Positions 1-12,646 of a stretch of 64,000 bases of DNA are shown here, in pieces. Every line of letters starts with the position of its first letter. Position 1 is the stretch's first letter. This stretch comes from Yuukianura sp. NJ FZ-2021. Taxonomy: Eukaryota. The DNA is taken from contig CM102284.1 of NCBI GenBank assembly GCA_046563655.1, positions 8,556,001 to 8,620,000 on the forward strand, written 5' to 3'. The translations under genes were made by a program, and so were the position numbers. The notes under the pieces were generated by a model. It did no database searches and was not told the DNA's origin. It worked only from the letters and a program-made list of their open reading frames with translations.

Positions 1-279
1 TGAATGCGTAGGTCTGTGTTAAGTTATTTAATTTACTCTCTTAAGTTCTCTTATCGTTTCTCTAAGTAAAAACCTCATGGATTTAACAATCTACGTTCTC
101 CATTTTATTTTGCAAGGATTCTCTTACGCTAACTTCCTATTACGCTATTACGCTATTTACGCTTACTAAACTATTAATTATTGTAATACTTGCAAAGAAT
201 GACCTTGTTTTTTACTTGTGTGTGCGTTTTGATTAGTACAATACATTGATTTAAATTATCTTAGGCGAGTCATCAAGAC

Positions 280-2436
280 TCAGCAGAAAGGTTGGAGTAT
301 GGATATCTGTTTGGGTTTGTCCAAAAGTTTTGATCGACGAGGTTGATACGCCTCTGATACATTTGGAAAGCGTATATCCCATGGTACAGATTTCGCACGA
401 TTGCAGTTGATCAAATCCAATTTTTGAACAGTATCAAAAATACTTCCATCAAATAGTGGCTGGATACCATCTTCAATTTCATCATAATAGTCACGAAATT
501 CGTCACCATAGTGGTATTTTACAGAAAAACTTCTGAGATTTGGAAATTGTGCTGCCGATAAAGGAGTCGAGAGGAAGGGTTGACTCATATTATCCCAGTT
601 CGGTTCGGCAAATTCCAGTTCCAGTACTTGTAGATTTGGGAGCATTGGGATTGTAATAGTGCACCATTCTACGAGGAGCTTCAATTTGTGAAGTGTTGCG
701 GCAGTACATTTTAGTAAAGCGAGAGCCAGGTCCGGAATGACTCGAGCCTCCTCAACAGTACGTGGTATCCTGTTATCATTAAGTAGGTAGAAATCCACGC
801 AGCAGAGGTACAAAGTATGCAGCAGAGTTGGCAATGGGCTTGCGATTAACTTTTGAACTAGAAGAATATGCCATTCAATATGCAATTCAAGCTCGACAGC
901 ATCAAAATTTTGAAGCAGTCGCACGTATTCTGTTGCTTGAATATCTGAAGTTGCTTTCACACCGAAACTGCATTCGACAACTTGAAGTGCCGGTGCATTG
1001 GAAAACCATGATGAAAACTGATCGAATTTGATTTGCTCAATTTGATCGCGATACGACCATTCCGCTTTTTTTGAGCAGGGGCTGACTTCAATGTACTTCA
1101 GTTTAGGAAGATAGAATGATGAGTTCAAAGCAACCGCCGTGGAGCATCTGTCGTTGTATCCGTAAACGGAAAGTTTTTCCAAGTTTGGTGCCTGGGCCAG
1201 TATAACTTCGAAGACCTCATCTGTATCCCCAGCAAATTTGGGCTCCAAGTGTATCACGTAGTGTTTGACAAATGGCCCCACGGTATCGGCCAGTTTCTTC
1301 AATGAGGCAAGAGTTGGAAAAATTTGACATGTTTCATTGCTGATTGGAGATTTGGATGTGCACAAGTACAATTGGAATTTGGAAAATGGGAATTTTGTGT
1401 CTTGCAGTCTGCCCTCCATCGTTTCCAGAAACTGTTGTATTTGTTTGTCGATTTCTTCCCCTCCGCTGCGGGTAGTGCGTTCAGCACAAAATTCGACCGG
1501 TAGGCCTTTCTGGAATATATGGTGAGTGGTTATTTCGTTCCAAGCTCTGCTAACTGTTCGCCATGTTAAAAGATCCTTGGGGTCATCCACATAACCAAGA
1601 ATCTTGAACAGCACCTAATATTAATCGAAACGTTTGTAAGGTTTTTGTTCAAAGTGCTTCAATTCATTTTATAGTCAAACGAAAGAACATTCCCTAACAT
1701 TAAACTTAAAAAGTAAGCCAAATAGTAAACTAAACTTTACAACACAACTGCATGACTCACCTCATTTGGAAGACGTGGATTACTGCCGTCAGACGTCTGT
1801 GATGGCAAATTCATTGCCAAAATATGGTTGGATTCTACCAAACGGGGCCCAGATGAAACATGGTAGAAACCTTGAGAGTTTAGATTCCCGCTTGGATCAA
1901 CATCCTCCATCATAAACGCGGACGGCTCTATCGGAGAAATCTAAAATGTTTTAAATTAAAAAAAATCAGCATTAGTTTTTGAAATTTATCGCTTTAAGTC
2001 ATAAATAGACAGCTATTCATTCGTAAATGGTAGTAGAAAAATTTCCAAACTGGGACCGGAATAGAAGGTGCAACTGTAACAGTGTACTCACCATATCCCC
2101 AACGAAAGTGCAGCCGTATCGATAGCCCGAAGACTGCAATGCGCTCATAGACACGTTTTGTGTAATCTGAAACTGGGGACTCAGCGACTCGCTAACAATG
2201 ACCCTTGTACCTTCGATGGGATTGGAGGAAGTAGCTCTGAAAATTGAAGAAAAATTATGAGCCGTCCTCGTCCGGTTATAAGCTTCCGTTAAGAATACAT
2301 TACCTTTTAGTGCAATACGCTTGTGCAGCTCTTCTAAAGTTCCTGATCCTGGCTTATCTTTGAATCTAGGGTCAACACGCAATGCAGTATGCAGTATCAG
2401 GAGGCACTGGACGAGTCCAGACCAGGCAGGGTACAT
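280..2436 (-). CDS. F-box domain protein with C-terminal LRR/RNI-like region
   Basis: Exons 1761-1940 and 280-1614 join in phase 0 (GT-AG) to give LPNEVLFKILGYVDDPKDLLTWRTVSRAWNEI, an F-box motif; downstream LxxLxL repeats. An upstream exon 2092-2436 is in frame; otherwise the start is ATG 1913. Confidence 0.8.
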
Positions 2437-2489
2437 AAGTCAACCAAAAATAGTAGTTTCTTCAACAAAAATTAAAACTAATTGAGATA

Positions 2490-2830
2490 TTCAAATTTTT
2501 TGCCGCCACTTGCTCCCCACCCAGAGAAACACTGGTGAGGGGAACAAGAGGAGCCTTTTTGTTTCGCATAATCTCCGCATAGGATCCGGCCAAAATCGAG
2601 AGTCCACTTTTAGGATAGCAGTCTGCACGACATGCAAAAATTCACACAAATCACACTGTGATACAACACCAATCGACACTCACTGCTTACCTACGCTAAA
2701 TTACGTTCTTATTCACATGGCATTGAATGCATGCAAACGCAAAGTAATAACAATCGATTTTTATGTGAGTTTATTACCATATTCACTCTATGCTTAATTA
2801 CAACAATTCAATTAATTAATTAACTCTCTT
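2490..2830 (+). repeat. Interspersed repeat family A, copy 1
   Basis: Core GGAGCCTTTTTGTTTCGCATAATCTCCGCATAGG...CGCTAAATTAC.TTCTTATTCACA.GGC recurs at ~11993 and ~49440. Confidence 0.85.
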
Positions 2831-3057
2831 CCATCTCATTCTTCAAAATGTAACTTCACAAAAGGCGCAAATTAAAATTTGTAGAAATTCAAAATTCGAA
2901 AATTGGTTGTCCTAGCTGTTTGATTTTTAGTATCCGAAACACGAAAACAAAGTCACTTTTAGCTTTTTATTTAGAAAATCAGGAGTATGTGCTGAAGGAC
3001 TTGGAATTTTGAAAAAAGTTGAAAAGTTCCATAATTTTTCTGTTCTCTTTTGCAGAA

Positions 3058-5054
3058 ATGTTTGTGTTGCTGCTTGTGTCGTTAGTGTTCAATATGCGAT
3101 TTGCCCTTGGAGCCTCTGCTGGCGACATTGAGCTCTGGACAAGCCCCCTCAAGGTCCACGGTGACCCCTGCACTTTGACTGCGCAAAGAAAATTCCACTC
3201 ATTTCTTGGAAAATGGACAGACGCTGAACTGGAGACTGTGAGAGACGATCCGCAGTGGGGACTAGTTTGCAATCCATTCAAATTCTTCCAGTGCGACAGT
3301 AAAACTGAAAAATGCGTTTGCTGTAACAATGACGATGGACATTTGACCTTTGACCCAAAGACTGGTCGATGTCGGATCAAACTTGGAGGTCAATGTGGGT
3401 CACCCAATTCCACTTATGCGGAACCCTGTTTTCAAAATCCACTTTTCCAACCATTGAAGAACTTTGAGCCTGATGTTGTTTTTCCATCGCAAGTCCAGTG
3501 TTCAAATGGAACTTACGTCTTGAAAATCAGTGATTTCCAGTCACAGTTTCTGGATTTCGGGAACAATGACCTTGGAAATGACAATTTACCGAGACAGAAG
3601 AACGGGCTGGGTCAAGGGTCACCGTGCAACATCACGCAGGAAAATAATTTCATAAAAGCTCTGCGTCTGCGCGGAAATTCTACTGACTTTTCCTGGTTCA
3701 AGGATTTTCATTCTGTGTGTAACATTTTCAAGTATCTGCGCTGCGACGCTCATTCCGGAAAATGCATTTGCTGGCATGAAGATCTCTTCTGGGCTCCAGT
3801 TGAAATCAAACCCACTGTCCAAAATGGTACACTTTGAACTTGAAATTTCAAAAAACTTAAACTTTCAAAATTTGGAAAAACTAAAAACTGTTGTTTCTAA
3901 GACTCGACGAAGTTGTCCATGGACTTTGGACGGTACAAGGGACGGTGTCGTGTGGCCCTTGACCGATCCGATTCCTGCTCCGCTGACCTTCCCGTGACCT
4001 CTGTTTTACCGAAATACAAAAAACCATTTGGATTGGAAATTTTTGACTTGATTCCAGAACCGGTTGGTTCTGACTACGAACTGAAAACTTTAGACTCCAA
4101 GGGTCTCCGTTGTATTCCCAATTCCTGGAATCGTCTTGGGCACTTTGAGTGTGTTGACAAAGGGAAAGATATTTGCAAGACTGATCTGTACTTCCTCACT
4201 GCGGAGATGAAACTACTGCGGAAGTTGGGCGGAAAAGATACTGACTGGAGTTTCCCCCCGAATGATCTGTGCGAAGAGAGCAAGCAAGATGACATCCTCA
4301 GATTAGGTGCTCTCTACACTTGGGATTTCGACAGAGTCAGGGACATCATCATAAGAAAAGAAACGAGGGACTACTGCAACCCCTTCATTCACCAAATCTG
4401 CTTCAGAGGCATTTGGTACAAAATTTTAAAATTTTCTTTTTTCGAAAAAGAAAATTAAGAAATTGGTTTTGTTTTGTAGCGGTTGTCAGCGTCCCATTAC
4501 AAAACAGAATTTGAATCATGGACTCAAGGGAGATCGATATGTTTACAGAGATAACGAATGCATTGTATCCAACTTTCACTTTAACTTTCATTTTTCAAAT
4601 TCAATTTTTTTTTAGTTTTTTGAGTTTTGGTTTTCTAGTTTCTCGTTTTCTTTGTAGCCTGAAGAAGGAATCACTTGCTCAAGACGCTACTGGTACAACG
4701 GAAACTGGGTAAAATTTGTAGAAGTCTTTGAACAAATTCTGAGACTGATTTCGAAATTTGAAATAAGTTCTAAAATTCTAAAATTTGATAATTTTTGGTT
4801 CTGTACTTTAGGTGAACTTTTTGGACGAGTGTGACCTTTCACTCAAGTGCGTCCTTGCTCCTGATCGCTTGAATCACGTTTGCTGTGACCCCCAAGAACT
4901 CAAAAAGAATCGAATCCCGTTCGAAGCTAGGAAGAAAGGACGCTGTCGAGATCAACTCTTGGCTTACAACAAACTTTCTCCAACGCCAAAACCGCTTTCT
5001 AAAATTCTACTTTTCACTGCTCCAGCCATTTTAGCAACACATCAACTGAAATGA
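3058..5054 (+). CDS. Secreted or surface cysteine-rich repeat protein, unknown function
   Basis: Signal-peptide-like MFVLLLVSLVFNMRFALGASAG; repeated CNPF/CNIF..C....KC.C modules across several exons; mildly hydrophobic C-terminus. Confidence 0.7.
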
Positions 5055-5201
5055 TTCAAGAAAAGAGTAGTAGGGCTGTTGATGCAATAAAGATGTTTAT
5101 TTTGAAATGAAAAAAGAGAGGCCAGAACAGAATCTAATTGAAGAGAGAAAGAAGTGTGACCTTAAAGGTCAGTCCAGGTCATGGTCTAACTATCCAGCAA
5201 C

Positions 5202-6347
5202 TTACTCCTCACCGCCTTCCTCCGCTGGTGTAGTTGTGCGTGGTTTGCGAGTGCGACGAGTACGTCCGCCTCGTTTTTGTTTGGCCAATTCCTCACCGTC
5301 ACCACCGTCGTCTGATGGAGTCGTCGTGCGTGGTTTTCGCGTGCGACGAGTACGACCTCCGCGTTTTTGTTTTTCCAAAATGTCGAAAGACCGTTCCATC
5401 GCAACCGGAGTTGGAGCTGCAGTTGGAGCTGCAGTTGTAGGAGCTGCGGTGGTGGGTGCTGCGGTGGTGGGTGCTGCGGTGGTGGGTGCTGCGGTGGTGG
5501 GAGCAGCAGTGGTTGGTGCAGCGGTGGTGGCTGCAGTGGTTGTGCGCCTCCTCCTCCTCCTCCTCTTCTTTCCTCCGCGTCCACAGTTAGGCTTCCCCTC
5601 CTCCGCCTCCTTGCCAGACCCGCCCTTGAGAACGTCAAAGTCTGGAATCAACTCCTCCGTCGTGGTGGGTTCCGTGGGGGTGGTGGTGGGCGCTTCAGTT
5701 GTTGTGGTGGTAGTTGTGGTTGTGGTGGTGGTGGTTGGAGTGGTGGTGGTGGGAGTGGTGGGTCTTGGTGTGGGTGGGAGGCGGGTGGGGCGTCTGGTGC
5801 GTGGAGCTTGTGTAGTGGTGGGTCCTCCGTTGTCTAAAAAATGAAATGTTAAGTGGAGGGTCAAAGGTCACTGCTAAACTGAGTTACTCACCACCGCAGT
5901 TGCAAGTGACGTTGCGACAGTTTCTCCATCGCTGCGTCCGGAAAGATTCTCTGGGTGTTCTGCTGAGTCTGTAGGGTTGGCAGAAGCAAGTGTAGTTGTA
6001 GTCACGAGTCACAGTTCGGTTGTAGAAGATCTTCGGACAAGTGTTGCCGTTTCGCACTAAAAGTACGAATTTTAATAAAATAAGTAACTCACAAGTATTT
6101 AATAAAATATATTATGAAGAACATACTTTCTTTGCTGGGAGTTTCATATTGTACTCCTGCATCAACCACTTGGAAGATCTCACCCTGGCATTCGATCGCC
6201 ACCACCGCAGACAGAACCTAAACATTCAAAATTGAATGCATTTTTTTTTAAAAAAGTTTTGGAAAAGTTTTTTTTTCTTAATTTTTTGATTTTTGAATTT
6301 TTGGAACTTACGCCTGCGATTGCAGCGAAGAAGTGGAGTTTGTTCAT
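5202..6347 (-). CDS. Secreted mucin-like protein: 6-Cys domain plus Thr/Pro-rich and Arg-rich repeats
   Basis: Four exons (6312-6347, ~6127-6217, 5892-6056, 5202-~5833) splice in frame: MNKLHFFAAIAGVLSAVVA signal, CPKIFYNR...CFCQP...CRNVTCNCG, then PTTAA repeats. Confidence 0.8.
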
Positions 6348-7084
6348 GATGAAACTTTGAATTCTACAAGTGAAGTTGTAAAACCCATAAACTGATGAAC
6401 TTTACCAAAAAATGGCGTTGGTTTTATACGATTTGCGGCAGCAGATGTGGAGACACCGAAGAATAGTCCGGACCGAATTGTCGTCACTCTTCCAACCGCA
6501 ACAGTTGAATTTCAAGGTTCCAACTTTTAATGATTTGACACTTGAAGTAGTTGATATGACTCCAGTGACATGTCAATTGGTCATAATTTTCAAAAGACAT
6601 GAGAATGAATCTATAAATGCTGTCTTTTGAACATGCGCAGTTCAACATACGAAGGTCAACTCCTAACTTTGGAGACACTTGTGGAGTGTGGCCATTGTCA
6701 CTTCAGTACTTCGCCATATCTCATGACTCATGTCAACTGGCCACAATTTATGTCGCCAACTGGTGGCGTTACAACTCTACGATGAGAAAGTTTCCAAATT
6801 TTATGACTTTTCATAAAATTTTGGAGCTTCAGAATTCGGTTGCTTCAAATTCTGATTTCTGGATTTTAAAAGAAATCTTAATTGCTTTCTAAGTTTTTAT
6901 ATTAAATTTGTTACCCCAATTTACTTTGGCAGCAATTTGCGTAAACTATATCACTGAATTATAATTATTATCTATTTATATTAATATTTTTATTATATTA
7001 CTATTTACAATTATAATTATAAATTAAATTATAGAATTAATTTAAATTATAAATTAAGTTGTAGAATTAATGTAATTGCAAGAG

Positions 7085-7270
7085 GTAGTACGCCATGTAA
7101 AAAATACACCAATTCTGGAATAGGATCTATGCGGAAATTCTACGAAACAAAAAGGCTCACAAGCTTCATTGCCTCATATTTATTTTCAAGTGGACTTTAA
7201 ATCAACTACAAATTATATTTTTTTCAGGTTCACTCTTACCTAATTTTTGAAAAGCAATACTTAACAATGG
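7085..7270 (+). repeat. Fragment of repeat family B (GTACGCCATGTAA module)
   Basis: GTACGCCATGTAAAAAATA...TTTCAAGTGG matches 34233-34330, 38806-38900 and (reverse) 61393-61482. Confidence 0.6.
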
Positions 7271-7344
7271 AAATTTACTTGTCAAAATTTATTTTTGATG
7301 TGCAAAATTGATTTTTGACTCTTTTTCTTGAATTGGCGTGTGGT

Positions 7345-8113
7345 TTAAATGTGGGGTTGGCCCTTGGGGAACTGCGGAATGGGGATGATGTCTCTTTTGA
7401 GCGTTGTCCTCTCACCCCCTGCCCCACCCCCGCCTTGCGTCGTGGCTTCGGTGGAACTGGTCCCACCTCCGCCCGACCTTATAGTTGTAGTCTCCCCACC
7501 ATTGTCTGCACAAGTTAAAAATACAATAACTTTTAAAATATGGTACAAAAAGATGAAAATGTATTAGAAAAAGATGGAAATGTATCAGAAAAAGATGATT
7601 GGCGACCAATTACTAAAGAACTTTCTCTTTTATTGATTTAACACTACTGTTTAGTTTTAAAAAGTGAGTCCATGTCCACTACTGACCACATTGGCAGACG
7701 ACATTGGTGCAGTTGGCCCACTGCTGAGTCCGGAACCAACCCTGCCCTTGTCTTCTGCGCATTGGTTGGCAGTAGCAAGTGCGATTGTTGTCAGTAGTTA
7801 CGTGGTGGCGTCGGTAGATCTTGGGGCACCTTTCTCCATTCACCACTTCAACAAGTACAAAGTTAATTAACTCAACTAATTAACACTTTGGAAATTAGTT
7901 AATTACTTGGAAATAATTAAAACTTACTTCCTTTGCCTCTGCTGCAGGCAGTCTCAGCATCACCCTGCGACTCAATCACCACCAACACAGCCATTACCTA
8001 AACCAAATGCATTATATACTTCATTTTCAAAATTTCAATCAAGTTTGGCTAAATACTAAAAGTATATTTGGTATTACGACTGCGATCACGGCGAAAATGT
8101 ACATTTTGTTCAT
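7345..8113 (-). CDS. Secreted protein, paralog of 5202-6347 with a short Gly/Thr tail
   Basis: Same four-exon structure and phases; MNKMYIFAVIAVVMAVLVV signal; CPKIYRR...CYCQP...CTNVVCQC, then DNGGETTT. Confidence 0.78.
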
Positions 8114-8894
8114 TTTGAAATTCAGAATTTTACATGCAGAGATGCAACTGCTAAGTCGATTTAGAAATTTTTCAAGACTTTATACATTTCCAAAAACCAT
8201 TTTTTGAAAAGTGACACGAGGCAGGTCATTTCATTTCGCAGAAAAATTGCAACACTTGACACTTCATACTGTCAAGGTCAAGCGATTAAAATGTGACAAA
8301 TTGAAACAATTTGACATTTGGACCACAATTATACAAATGCTTTATGTTTGGGTGAAAACAGAAGTCTGTTACATAAATTACATTTCTAAATAATGGAAAG
8401 AATAATTTAACATGGAGAAACATAATAAATTACAATTTGGAATTAAACATTTCAAAGAATTGGGTTATTTTTGGTTGTGGATGACCTTGGGAAGTGCAGT
8501 CTATTAAAAAAGATGTAGTTTGACATACTTCTTAACTGTTGTGTAGAATAATACAAATTAGTTTAATTTAAATAATTTTTACACACAATTAAAACAAAAT
8601 CATGACTTTCATCCAAAATCTTTTGTTGCACTTGGAAGCTACTCAGTGTTGAAAATGTGCTTTTTAGCCATATCCAACGTGAACTAATTTTGTGAATTTT
8701 TGAGATCAGTGAAGCAGGAAATTTTGCAATGTTGGTTGCGAGTGGCCTAGTTTAGAAGATTGATGGTGAAGTGCATTTCGCTGTGCTAATGAGTTCTACT
8801 TTGCAATTTCCTGCTTGAGGGCTCTCTCCAAATCTCACTTTTTAGTTTCCTTTTTATTCCTCGCAGTGCGTAGCTATGCAAAAAGTCACAACAA

Positions 8895-11175
8895 ATGAAC
8901 AACTCCTCAAGTACACTCCTGAGGAGCAGCATGGGTGGACTCTACGACAATCACAAGGTCAATCTCAATTAATTAACACCAATTTAAGACAAAATAACAA
9001 CAATTAACTAACTTTTCCTTTAATTTAAGCCCCACCGTGGAATTTCGTGGCTTGCTTTTTTTGTGCGTCGGTGGCCAAGTTTGAAATGGCACAAACTGAC
9101 AGTTTACGTGGGATTCCTTGGCCTGATCCTCACTTTTGTCAACTTGAAACACCTCCTGGTTGTGCTGGATAAAGTGGAGGTCAAGTGCCACAGAGGTCAA
9201 GGGTCAAGGGCTCCAAAGACCTACGCTCTTCATGGCAAAAGGGTACGAAAAGTACAAACAAAATTTTCAAAAATTTAGAATTTCTGATTTTGTGAATTTC
9301 CAATTTTGTGAAATTGAGGTTGACAGTGGGTACTTGTTCCATGTGATGGACACCTTCGAGGCCTTGGGCTATGACCGGGTCAATGTCACTGACAATTGGG
9401 ACGTCCTGTGGTCACATGACTACCCATTTACAATACTCAAAGACCAGCTTCAGGAACTCAGACCGGGACAAAAGGTCAACTTTTAAAGTTTTTTTGAGAC
9501 AATTTAGCAAAAATTTGGAGATCGGAAGTTGCGAATTCTGAAAATTTGTTGAATTGTTGCAAATTTTGTTAGGTGAATCACTTCCCCGGTTCTGGGTTCA
9601 TCACAAACAAAATGAATTTAGCCACGAGCGAATTCTCTTTTGTTCCGAAAGCATTTCAACTCCCGAAAGCAAAAAATCATTTCCTCCAATATGTAAGACT
9701 TCCACGCCAAAATATCTCAATTTCTGTGTTAAAACATACAAAATTATTTTTAAAATTCATTTTTAGTCTTAGTTTTTTCTGGCAAAGTTTTAGTTGCATT
9801 TTTGTTTAAACAAAACTAGGCTTCCAAAAATCCATCGACTCTCTTCGTCCAGAAATCCAACAGTCACCGGGGAATCAAAATAGAAAAAATTGAAACTCTG
9901 GATTTGAACCAATCAGGATCCTTCGTCCAGACTTACGTCTCAAATCCACTGCTAGTGGATGGACACAAGTTTGACATCGGAGTGTATGTTGTTGTCACCA
10001 GTCTACAGCCACTCAGACTCTACAGATACACCGGAGACACTCTCTTCAGGTAAAACAAGGTCAAAGGTCAACACCTAAAGGTCAAAGGTCAAAGGTCAAC
10101 TTATTCTGTTTTCATTAGATTTTGTCCAGTGCAGTACCACCCCTTTGACGCAGAGGTGCTGGACAAGTATGTGGTGGGTGACGACTATTTGCCACTCTGG
10201 AAGGTCAACAGTTTGCAACATGCGTACAGTCAGGGATTCTCCATGCAGGAAGCCTTTGACAGCTTCATAAGAAAAACAGGTAAAAAATTACCAATTTTCA
10301 AAAAATTACCAAGTGTTTCGAACGTTTCAAAATTTTGAAAAGCAGGAAAAGACCCGGGACGAATTTGGACTCAAGTTGACAAGGCCATCAGAACGATTTA
10401 CTTGACGAAGGAAGCAGCCATGATTGAAACATGGCGTCACTACGACAAAAAACGAAACTTTTTCGAACTCGTGCGTTTTGACTTTGTGATTGACGAGGAC
10501 TTGAAAGTATTCCTCATGGAGGTACGTTTTATGCAGCGTCACTTTTCCAAAAATTTTCGAAATTTTGAAAGTTTTGAAAATTTGGAATGTCAAAGGTCAA
10601 CATGAGTCCGAATCTGAGTTCGGCCCATTTCCCATCCAATCGCCTGCTCTACGAACAAGTTCTGCTCAGTACGTTTTCACTCGTCGGAATTGCAAATCAT
10701 CTCGTCACCACCGGAACCAGGTCATTTTCCAAAAAAATGTTTCGAAATTTCAATTTCAATAATTTCACAAACTTTTTTTTTGAAAGATCACAACTTTCTA
10801 GAGCTGTCAGTTCGAAACAAGTTTATTTGAACCAAACTGGTTGCGAAAAATGTTTGGATTGCTTTGAAAAATGTCATCTCTGTCCATCTTGTACGAGTGA
10901 CGAAGAATTGGAAATTTTGAAGGAAGCTTACTTGGAGCATTTGAACAAAATGGACATGACCAGAATATTTCCAACTACTGGACACACGGTGAGATTTAAT
11001 TTACGTAATAAACTATTTAAAATTAAAATTACATTTAAATAAAATGAAAATAGTGGGAGTGATGACCTTTGACCTTTGATTTCAGGAGGAGAGTCTCAGT
11101 GCTGAGAACAAGTGGCTGTCCTTGTGGTACAATTCCAAATGCAAACAGCACTTGAGTTGGTGCAATTCAATTTGA
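8895..11175 (+). CDS. Tubulin-tyrosine ligase-like (TTL) domain protein, ttll-15-like, with N-terminal TM segment
   Basis: Motifs WDVLWSHDYPF, NHFPGSGFITNK, VQKSNSHRGI, NPLLVDGHKFDIGVYV and FELVRFDFVIDEDLKVFLMEVNMSPNL (ATP-grasp TTL); multi-exon. Confidence 0.85.
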
Positions 11176-11690
11176 GAAGACTATTCTGAAGGCCAAGGTC
11201 AAAGGTCATCTCACTTGGCTCTCACGCATATTTTTCCTTGCAAGTGATCTCAACTTTATGTTCATGAAATCTGAAACATGAATCTAAAAAATAAACGATT
11301 AGTGGACGTCACAATTTTTGCGAAATCGTCATTTCACACTCTTCCTGAGAAGAGATGTAGTTTATTTACGAGTGTTGCCAATTTCTGCGAATTTGTGCTC
11401 TTCGCTTCAGTTGTTCCAAAAACTTTAGCAAACTTCTGTTGCTAAAATTGAGATTTTGTGAATAAAATGTTAATTTTTTGGAGTGTTGACAATGGAAGAG
11501 TGAATCTGGTGGAAGTGGGCGTGGTGAGGTGAACAGTTGTCAAGCATTGGCATCTCGTCAGGCGTTGATTTCTGGAAATTCCAGCAGTATTAAGCACTTG
11601 CTGTACTGGAAACCAATCTGCTCTGGAAGGAAAATCCGAAATTCGGATTAAACCGAATTTGCAACGGCGTCGATTGACTTGGGAGGGCCA

Positions 11691-12646
11691 ATGGGGACAG
11701 ATTCTGATCAGGAGCAGTATGCGAGGCTCGTTGTTTTTCTGCTCATTGGCCTCTACATCCTCATCATCACATTGATCATGATACGATTCTTGGTAAACAA
11801 ATTAAATTTTACTTTTCATTTAAGTAGAGAATTAGTTCCAAAGTTAAAATATTTTAAAATAGTTTTCAAAATTTTTGACTTTTGAGAAAGTTAGACTCCA
11901 CTTGAAATATAAAATGAGTCAGGACTAGCTGCTGGTAAGGGAATGCCGAGTTGAGTGACGTCGTAAGTAGTGACGTCACAAGTTGAGCAAAGTGGGGAGC
12001 CTTTTTGTTTCGTATAATATCCGCATAGAATCCGGCCAAAATCGAGCGTCACGACACGCAAAATCTGCACGACACGCAAAAATTCACGCAAATCACACTG
12101 TGATAGGACACCAACCGACACTTACTGCTCACCCACGCTAAATTACATTCTTATTCACACGGCGTACTAATTTGATAAAGTAGTTTAATTTACCACTACA
12201 TTTTAACAACTAATTAATCAATTAAATAACAAAACTAATTAATTTCAAGATTCGCAATTTGTTGTTAAATTTTTGTCTCTGTCTTTTGTAGATAAAGACA
12301 TGTGTGCTTCGAAACGGAGTTGAACAAAATTTGCCTCCTCATCTTCAAATCAGATTCAGAGGTAAAATTTTAAAATTTTGAAATTTGGGAAAAGTAAAAA
12401 GTGAAATTGTTAGTTCCAGAGACTCCTCCGCCCCCCTTTCCCCTGGCCCTCAAGTGCCCCCTGCCTCCGAAGGAACAAATAGTTGAAGAGTCTCCGCCAC
12501 CATATAAACACGTTTGTCCAAAAACACCAACCATTCCACACTACAACATTCGCACAAATTCAGCAACTACTTCTGCAACTGTTTGCAAAAATGTAGCAAC
12601 TTCATCAGACGCCGCCAATTCAACCCACGTCACGCTTCACTTATGA
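11691..12646 (+). CDS. Small single-pass membrane protein with PPxY motif (cluster gene 1)
   Basis: Exons 11691-11792, 12292-12361, ~12414-12646; TM LVVFLLIGLYILIITLIMIRFLI; tail TPPPPF and SPPPY. Confidence 0.7.
11993..12170 (+). repeat. Interspersed repeat family A, copy 2 (intronic)
   Basis: Clear similarity to 2550-2725 and 49500-49675. Confidence 0.85.

Noticed and set aside
5107-5844. Plus-strand ORFs rich in Val/Gly/Cys
   Set aside because: Antisense shadows of the repetitive mucin exon on the minus strand.
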